A DNA stretch of 64,000 nucleotides. It comes from Eledone cirrhosa (taxonomy: Eukaryota). Made by a program: the position numbers and the translations under genes. Shown here piece by piece: positions 55,739-64,000 of the stretch. The DNA lies in contig OZ024741.1 in assembly GCA_964016885.1 (NCBI GenBank), positions 215,512,001-215,576,000 on the forward strand. Direction: 5' to 3'. The notes beneath the pieces are model-generated. The model was not told the DNA's origin and did no database searches. It worked only from the letters and a program-made list of their open reading frames with translations. Position 1 is the stretch's first letter. The number at the start of each line of letters is the position of its first letter.

Positions 55739-55972
55739 GTATAAATATATATATATATATATGTGTGTTTGTGTGTGAATGTGTGTATGTGTGTATGTGT
55801 ATGTGTGTGTGTAGAAATACACATTTATATATATAAATATATATATATATATATAAATGCAGCCAGAGCTTCGATTATGCTGAACTTCCATTTGTATTTA
55901 TATATATATATATATATATATATTTATTTATTTATATAAGCGCGTGCATGCGTGTATTTGTGTATGAACGTG

Positions 55973-56008
<36 letters not shown>

Positions 56009-56107
56009 GGCAATCGTTTAACTGGAGAACTAAAATTGTGTGGCTGCGTGCATATCTGTTTGTGCTTGTATGTATACACACGTTCGTGGTCATGCATGTA
56101 TGTGTGA

Positions 56108-56145
<38 letters not shown>

Positions 56146-56620
56146 GTGCGTGTGTGTGTATGTGTGTATGTGTGTGTGAGTGTGAGTGAGTGAACGTATG
56201 TGTGTTTTTGTGCATGTGGATGTGTGCGTGTGTGAGTCTGTGTGTGTGCGTGTGTGAGTCTGTGTGTGTGCGTGTGTGAGTCTGTGTGTGTGCCTGTGTG
56301 AGTCTGTGTGTGTGCGTATGTGAGTCTGTGTGTGTGCGTGTGTGAGTCTGTGTGTGTGCTCGTGCATGCAGCTATGCAAGTATCTAAGTTTCAGCATGTG
56401 CTTCTACGTGTGTGTGTTTCCTTTTACCTGTGAAAGCCTTATGTATGCATGTAAACGTGTTCGTGGATGTGTGTGTACAGGTGTGTTGCTCGTGTGTGTG
56501 TGTGTGTGCGTGTGTGTGTGTGTGTCTGCGAACACGTGTGTGTGTATGTGTGAGTCTGTATTTTAAAACAGGTATTTAACTAAAGAGGTAAAAATACGTG
56601 AATAGATGGGGGGGGGGGGT

Positions 56621-56732
56621 GAAGAAGAAGAAGAAGAAGAAGAAGAAGAAGAAGAAGAAGAAGAAGAAGAAGAAGAAGAAGAAGAAGAAGAAGAAGAAGA
56701 AGAAGAAGAAGAAGAAGAAGAAGAAGAAGAAG

Positions 56733-56762
<30 letters not shown>
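56621..56762. repeat. Pure (GAA)n tract, ~47 units
   Basis: Direct reading. Confidence 0.95.
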
Positions 56763-56763
<1 letters not shown>

Positions 56764-56919
56764 GGTGGGGGTGAGAGAGTTATAATGGAATAGCAGAATT
56801 GGTAGAATGGCGGAATTGGAAAATTACTGCAAAAGAATTAGAGGACATGATAATAAATGGTAAGAATTGTAAAACAGAACGAAAATAAAACCGAAGAAGA
56901 TATGAAAATGAATTATGAT

Positions 56920-57765
56920 AATGATTGCTACTACATGCAGCAAATTTAGAGAGGAAAGTCGATTAAATCAACCTCATTGTATTACTGGTACTTTATTTTG
57001 TCGACTCTGTAAGAATGTCAATAAATATGAACGAAAAGGGCTGTAACTCTATGCCATGAAGCAGGATGTAATAATTTCTACTACATACACAAGGCCAGCA
57101 ATTTTGTGTGAGGGGGGGGGGGAGTCGATTAAATCGACCCCAGTGTATTACTGGTACTTTATTTTGTCGATTCTGTAAGGTTGTCCGTAAAGATGAACGT
57201 AAACGGCCGTAACTATGCGGTGAAGCAGGGTATAATAATTTCTACTACATATACAAGGCCAGCAAATTTGGGGAAGGGAAAGTTGATTAAATCGACTCCA
57301 GTGCATTACTGGTAGTTTATTTTGTCGATTCTGTAAGAATGTCAGTAAAGATGAAGGTAAAAGGCCATAACTCTATGCTCTAAAGCATCCGACGCTCTAC
57401 TGGTTCTGTCAATCCGAAGCCCTAAAAATAAATTATAATTGTTTCTACTATTGGCTATTGGTACAAGGCCAGCAATTATCCCAGTACATTACTGGTACTT
57501 TATTTTATCGACCCCGTAAGGATGAAAGGCAAAGTCAACCTCGGCGGGATTTGAACTCAGAATGGCAAGGGACGTAACTCTATGCATCAAAGCATGGCGT
57601 CCAACCCTCTACCGATACTGCCAATTCACCGACCTAAAAATAAATTATAATATTGATAAGTTAACCTCGGCGGAATTTGAACTCAGACAGTAAATGGCCG
57701 TAACTCTATGCTGCAAAGCATGGCGTCCAACCCTCTATCGATTCTGTCAATCCGCCGCCCTAAAT
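56920..57765 (-). mobile_element. Tandem cluster of Deu/Nin-like SINE copies
   Basis: TTACTGGTA(C/G)TTTATTTT(G/A)TCGA recurs at ~56982, 57148, 57306 and 57489; near-complete copy at 57437-57634; 5' half at 57660-57760. Confidence 0.8.
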
Positions 57766-57909
57766 ATGAATTATAAAAGTAATATGTAATGTATATAAAA
57801 CATAACACACACAAAAACAAACATATAAAATACATATTGATTTCTAAGATATTAAAGTATGATGACTGAAGATCTAGATATAATTAAATGGAAAAATTGA
57901 AAACAAAAT

Positions 57910-58381
57910 TATGTATGTATATATGTAAGTATGTATGTATATATGTATGTATACATGTATGTATATATATATATCTATGTATATATGTATGTATGTATTT
58001 ATGCATGTATGTATTTATGTATGTATGTATTATGTATGTATATATATATGTACGTATGTATTTATGTAAGTATGTATACATGTATGCATGTATGTATGTA
58101 TGTATTATGTATGCATGTATATATGTATGTATGAATTTATGCATGTATGTATTTATGCATGTATGTATATCTGCATTTATGTATCTATGTATGTATATAG
58201 GCATTTATGTATGCATGTATGCATGTATGCATGTATGCATGTATGCATGTATGCATCAGGTATGTATGTATGCATGCATGTGTGTATGTATGCATTTATG
58301 TATGTATATATTTATATACGCACCTATGTATGTATGTTTGTATGTAAGTATGCATGCATGTATATATCAATGTATGCATGC

Positions 58382-58464
<83 letters not shown>

Positions 58465-58560
58465 TATGTGTGCATGTATATGTATGTATGTAAATGTATA
58501 TGTATGCATGCATGTTTATATGTACGCATGTTATATATGCATATACGATAGATAGATAGA
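57910..58560. repeat. (TATG/TGCA)n degenerate tetranucleotide repeat
   Basis: Direct reading. Confidence 0.9.
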
Positions 58561-58710
58561 CAACTAAAGACAGCCTGATGATGCGTGTGTGTGTGTGTGT
58601 GTGCGTGTTCGTGTGTGTGTGTGTGTGTGTGTGTTATAGGTAGATAAATGTAAGATGTGAAACAGAGTAACGAGTGCAATGCTTGGTATATATACATATA
58701 CTTTCATAAA

Positions 58711-58782
<72 letters not shown>

Positions 58783-58931
58783 TACATATATATGTGTATA
58801 TATACATATATACATAAATATGTGTGTGTGTAGGATACGATGTAAATCGAAAACGAGCACTGTCAAAAAATGTACTCAGTACTTTAGTAGAGTAGAAGTA
58901 TAGTTAATACATTGTGTGTATAATTATATAT

Positions 58932-58963
<32 letters not shown>

Positions 58964-58988
58964 TTGTGTGTGTATGTGTACATATACT

Positions 58989-59038
<50 letters not shown>

Positions 59039-59084
59039 GAGGGGGGAACATGAAAGTGATATGATAACAGGTGGAAAACTGAGA

Positions 59085-59635
59085 TAATGAGTGAGAGAAT
59101 GAGTGAGAGAATGAGTGAGAGAATGAGTGAGGGAATGAGTGAGACAATGAGTGAGAGAATGAGTGAGAGAATGAGTGAGGGAATGAGTGAGTGAATGACT
59201 GAGGGATTGTGTGAGAGAATGAGTGAGAGAATGAGTGAGGGAATGTGTGAGAGAATGAGTGAGAGAATGAGTGAGGGAATGTGTGAGAGAATGGGTGGGT
59301 GAATGAGTGAGACAATGAGCGGGGGGAGGAGTGAGAGAATGAGTGAAAGAATGAGTGAGGGAATGAGTGAGGGAATGAGTGAGTGAATGAGTGAGGGAGT
59401 GAGAGAGGGAATGAGTGGGGGAATGAATGAGAGAATGAGTGAGTGAATGTGTAAGAGAATGAGTGAGAGAATGAATGAAACAATGAGTGAAATAATGAGT
59501 GAGACAATCAGTGAGACAATGAGCGGGGGAATGAGTGAGGGAATGAGTGGGGAAATGAGTGAGGGAATGAGTGAGGGAATGAACGAGAGAATGAGCGAGG
59601 GAATGAGTTAGTGAATGAGTGAGAGAATGAGGGAG
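59085..59635. repeat. 12-bp minisatellite GAATGAGTGAG(A/G)
   Basis: Direct reading. Confidence 0.9.
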
Positions 59636-59699
59636 AGAAGAAGAGACAATAAGAATATGAAGAAAACTGTGGATTGAGATGTGTTAAATAAATAGGACT

Positions 59700-61335
59700 A
59701 AGACAGAGAGAGAGAAGAGAGAGGAGAGAGAGTGAGAGAGAGAGAGACAGACAGAGAGAGATACTGTGTGTGTGTGTTAGAAGGAGTAGGAGGAGAGAGA
59801 GACTGACACAGCGTGTGTTTTAGAAAGAGAGAGAGAGAGAGTTGGACAGAAAGACAGACAGACAGTATGTGTTAGAGAGAGGAGAGAGAGTGAGAGAGAG
59901 AGAGACAGACAGAGAGAGATACTGTGTGTGTGTGTTAGAAGGAGTAGGAGGAGAGAGAGACTGACACAGCGTGTGTTTTAGAAAGAGAGAGAGAGAGAGT
60001 TGGACAGAAAGACAGACAGACAGTATGTGTTAGAGAGAGTGAGAGAGTGAGAGAGAGAGAGAGAGTTGGACAGACAGACAGAATGTGTTAGAGAGAGTGA
60101 GAGAGTGAGAGAGAGAGAGTGGGAGATAGAAAGACATACAGACAGTATGTGTTAGAGAGAGTGAGAGAGTGAAAGAAAGAGGGGGGAGATAGAAAGGCAG
60201 ACAGACAGTGTGTGTTAGAGAGAGTAAGAGAGTGAAAGAGAGAAAGGGGAGATAGAAAGGCAGGCAGACAGTATGTGTTAGAGAGAGTGAGAGAGTGAAA
60301 GAGAGAGAGGGGGAGATAGAAAGGCAGGCAGACAGTATGTGTTAGAGAGAGTGAGAGAGTGAAAGAGAGAGAGGGGGAGATAGAAAGGCAGAGAGACAGT
60401 ATGTGTTAGAGAGAGTGAGAGAGTGAAAGAAAGAGGGGGGAGATAGAAAGGCAGACAGACAGTGTGTGTTAGAGAGAGTGAGAGAGTGAAAGAGAGAGAG
60501 TGGGAGATAGAAAGGCAGACAGACAGTGTGTGCTAGAGAGAGTGAGAGAGTGAAAGAGAGAGAGGGGGAGACAGAAAGACAGACAGACAGTATGTGTTAG
60601 AGAGAGTGAGAGAGTGAAAGAGAGAGAGGGAGAGACAGAAAGATAGACAAACAGTATGTGTTAGAGAGAGTGAGAGAGAGAGAGTGGAAGATAGAAAGGC
60701 AGCCAGACAGTGTGTGTTAGAGAGAGTGAGAGAGTGAGAGAGTGAAAGTGAGAGAGGGGGAGATAGAAAGACAGGCAGACAGTCTGTGTGTTAGAGTGAG
60801 AGAGAGAGAGAGAGAGAATGAGAGCAAGAGAGACACATAGAGTGAGAAAGAGACAGAGAGAGAGTGTGTCAAACAGAGTGTGTGTGAGAGAGAGAGAGAG
60901 AATAAGATAGCGTGTTTGTGTATTTATTAGACAGAGATAGAGAGAGAGGGGGATAAGAGAGGAAGATAGTCTGTGTGTATTTGTTAGAAAGAGGGAGAGG
61001 CGGAAGAGAGAGAGAGACAGACAGGCAGAATGTGTGTGCTTGTTAGAGAGGGAGAGAAGAGAGACAGTGAGCCTGGCAGACAGTGTGATTGTGTGTGTGT
61101 GTGTGTGTGTGTGTTAGAGTGAAAGAGAGATAGAAAGATTGTGAGTGTGTATTTGTTAGAAAGTGGGAGGAAGAGGGAAGAGAGAGAGAGAGACAGACTA
61201 ACAGACAGAGTGTTTGTGTGTGTGTTTATTTGATAGGTAGAGACAGACAGACAAGCTGTGTGTGTGTTAGAGAGAGAGAGTGGGAGAGAGAAAGAGAGAG
61301 TATATGTGTGTATAGAGAGAGATAGAGAGAGAGGT
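59700..61335. repeat. GA-rich ~60-bp minisatellite with a ~159-bp duplication (59720-59878 / 59879-60038)
   Basis: CAGACAGT(A/G)TGTGTTAGAGAGAGTGAGAGAG recurs. Confidence 0.85.
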
Positions 61336-61727
61336 AATCACAGACAGAGAGTATATGTCTGTGTGCGCGCTCATGTGTGTGTGTGTGTTTGTGTGGAAAG
61401 ACGTAGTGATATAGTAAGAGAACTAGGTGCGAATAAATGAGAGAATAATTGTGTGAAGAACTTCTACATTGAGTTCTGTGTAGCTGCTGTCTATCTATCT
61501 ATCTATCTACCGTATTTATCTCTTTATCTATTCATCTATCTTTCTATGGCTATCTCTTTCGCTCTCTCTTCTCTCTCTCTCTCTATATATATATATTTTT
61601 ATATATATACACACACACACACACATATATATATATACACACACACATACACAGACATACACACACACACACATATATATTCAATGATATTAAATAAATG
61701 GAAACTATATTTATAAAACCATATTTA

Positions 61728-61784
61728 TTATATTATATATATTTCAAGGGTACCAAAAGTTTGGTACGCTTTCATCAGATAAAA
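61728..61784 (-). ncRNA. Type I hammerhead motif, same family as 6161-6226
   Basis: TTTTAT-CTGATGA-AAGCGTACCAAA ct TTTGGTACCCTT-GAAA-TATATA-TA-ATATAA; downstream TAAATATGGTTTTATAAATATAGTTTCCATTTATT shared with ~6225-6259. Confidence 0.75.
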
Positions 61785-61940
61785 GTTTGTTTTATAAATG
61801 TTGACATAACCAAGAAAAATACCTTAATGGTTTAAGTTTTCCTTGGATAGATATTATACTCCAGAAAACTGTCGAGTGCCCTGAATCAGTTATAAACATT
61901 TATATTTGTTGAATTACCAACAAATTGAATATCCCTTTTG

Positions 61941-62001
<61 letters not shown>

Positions 62002-62005
<4 letters not shown>

Positions 62006-62372
62006 TTGGGGAGGGTCATATTGTTGTAATAATATTGCCAGAATTAATAAAAGAACACACTCACTGTTTGGTTGGTTTTCGCTTCTGTATCTTTTATATC
62101 AGTTAATTTATTCGGTCATCAATGTTTACCATTGACTGACCAACGGTCAAAAATACAGATATAATATAGACACAAACACATATATATAGTCTAACAAAGT
62201 TCTTTCGTTGCACATCTGCAACATCGTCAGTGGTGCTATTATGTTTCCTCCTGTTGTATTTTATGTCTACGCCATCTTTATTTAATCTGTTTATTTATTT
62301 CATTATTTCATTATTTATTTTCTTCTTCTTCTCTGCGCATGAGTTTGCGTGTGTGTATAGCGTTTGATGTGT
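62002..62372 (-). mobile_element. Family B HHR element copy 3
   Basis: TACTTGGGGAGGGTCATATTG terminus after (TA)n. Confidence 0.8.
62186..62239 (-). ncRNA. Hammerhead motif, family B
   Basis: ATAGCACCA-CTGACGA-T-GTTGCA gatg TGCAAC-GAAA-GAAC-TT-TGTTAGACTAT. Confidence 0.6.
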
Positions 62373-62548
62373 ATATAATATATAACTGAACAAAAAAGAA
62401 GATCGAACACAGACATATACATATATATATATATCTGTGTTCGATTTTCTTTCTTGTTCAGTTATATTATACGGCTCGGAAAAACCTCTTTTCTAGAGCT
62501 AATTTATTGTAAGAGACTATTTTGAGTTTCTAACTCAATAGATGCCTT

Positions 62549-62621
<73 letters not shown>

Positions 62622-62923
62622 TGTGTGAATAAAATTCTTGATTAACTTGTGCTTCATAGGTAAATATAAAGACAAAAAGAGTCGTGGTGAAACTGAAATG
62701 GAAGATTTGAGTGCAAGTATGAACATTGGAGAGTTTTGGTGGTGTGATAGGTGTGGTACTGGTTGTGATGGTGGTTATGGTAGTGATATTAATGTTTGTG
62801 GTACAATGGGATGCAAACATGGCCTTCCGGAGGACACCAGTGGCTTCGGTTAAGTTGTAACTTTGTTTATGATGACCTACCCAAAACTTTGCTAGCAGGG
62901 AAGACGCATGTTAAATGTTGATA

Positions 62924-63010
62924 ATAATTGTTTCTACTTTTGGCACAAGGCCAACAAAGACCCAGTGCATTACTGGTACTTTATTTCGTCGACCGCGTAA
63001 AAGGTGGCAT
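62924..63010 (-). mobile_element. SINE 3' fragment (Deu/Nin-like family)
   Basis: TTGTTTCTACTTTTGGCACAAGGCCA...CCCAGTGCATTACTGGTACTTTATTTCGTCGACC. Confidence 0.7.
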
Positions 63011-63221
63011 CTTATCCTACGAACAATCTTCCGGTTCCGTGGGTATGTGTCCTTCATCTGAGATGCTACATGATGTGAACCTTCTCTAAAGGTGGTTGTG
63101 TTTGTCATGGTGGTGTCGTCGTTGTTGTCATGCTAGTGGTGTTCGTTTTGGTGGTCTCTCTTCTTCTTTCACCTCCTTCTCGCCTCTCTCTAACTTTATT
63201 TTTCCTCCCAAATTATCTAGG

Positions 63222-63755
63222 TGTGAACGATTTGGCCACTACATCACGTCTCATAGGTAGATAGTACCGTCATGACACCTTTGGGCAGCTGCTTATGACA
63301 TGTGTGATATCTTCGATGTTAATTCTGCAGAGTCTGCACTTGTTATCACATCTAGGTGTTTTGCCTACATCCCTATTGCTTTTATAGATCAGGTATTTTG
63401 TATTGATTTCCTGTTGTTGGTTTGCAAAAGCATATCCTTCAATATGGGAGCCAATATAGCGGTTGTTGGTCCAAGATAGACTACTTTCCTTATCTATATT
63501 ACTCTCACTCGGTAGCTTCCTGGCAACATATCCGTGCATGATTTTTTGCTGATAAACATGCAGTTTTCGATCCATAGATACATTGCGGTATTGCTGAGAA
63601 ATGTCCTAAAATTTTGAGTTTTTTATTATTATCCAGGGAGTATATTTCAAGGAGTTCCTTCCCAACTCTCATGATCTTATCTATCTCATGCAGACAGACT
63701 GCCGGTTTCTCACAGAGATAAGACTCTTTCATTGGAATATAGACATCAACTTGGT
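63222..63755 (-). pseudogene. R4/Dong-like (restriction-like endonuclease type) LINE fragment with CCHC knuckle
   Basis: KIMHG...IDKESSLSW...IEGYAFANQQQEINTK...CRLCRINIEDITHVISSCP matches the post-RT/CCHC region of R4-clade elements. Confidence 0.75.
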
Positions 63756-64000
63756 AAATACGAATGTATATCTGTATGTGTTTGTGTATATGTGTGTGTG
63801 TGTGTGCGTATGTGTGTGTGTGTGTATGTGTGTGTGTGAGTGAGTGTGTGAGAGAGAGGGAGTGCATGTGTGTGTGTGAGTGTGTGTGTATGTGTGTACA
63901 GGTATGGATGTTATTGTATGTGTGCAGCTATATGTTTTGAGTTATATATGTAGACGTAGATAGATGTTTGTGTCTATACATATGTAAACGCAGTTATTAC

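Overview
AT-rich, repeat-dominated animal genomic DNA with no recognisable intact host gene. The SINE families and microsatellite load resemble a cephalopod (Octopus-like) genome; this is inference from recalled repeat families. Almost all ORF-track entries are artefacts of (TA)n/(CA)n/(GTT)n/(GTA)n repeats. Real coding remnants are all retroelement-derived: Penelope-like RT/GIY-YIG fragments (8160-8575, 28499-29770), RTE-type LINE fragments (5058-5230, 21763-22600 with a 5' inversion, 26576-27155 with three C2H2-type fingers) and an R4-like LINE fragment (63222-63755). Also present are tRNA-derived SINEs, a non-autonomous Helitron and a ~13.9 kb minisatellite with a hairpin core (36820-50697). 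The main unannotated signal is a dense population of type I hammerhead ribozyme (HHR) motifs. I read 19 motifs with both core halves (CTGANGA ... GAAA-stem III-UH, closed by stem I), from roughly a dozen sequence families, plus several half motifs. They sit in short non-coding elements inserted into (TA)n tracts, with partial-tandem, fold-back or inverted-terminal architectures. This looks like a community of retrozyme/pLTR-like RNAs mobilised by Penelope-like elements, and it includes a U3-A8 core variant in a 317-nt monomer. All structures were read by eye, no folding or database search was run, and element boundaries are approximate.
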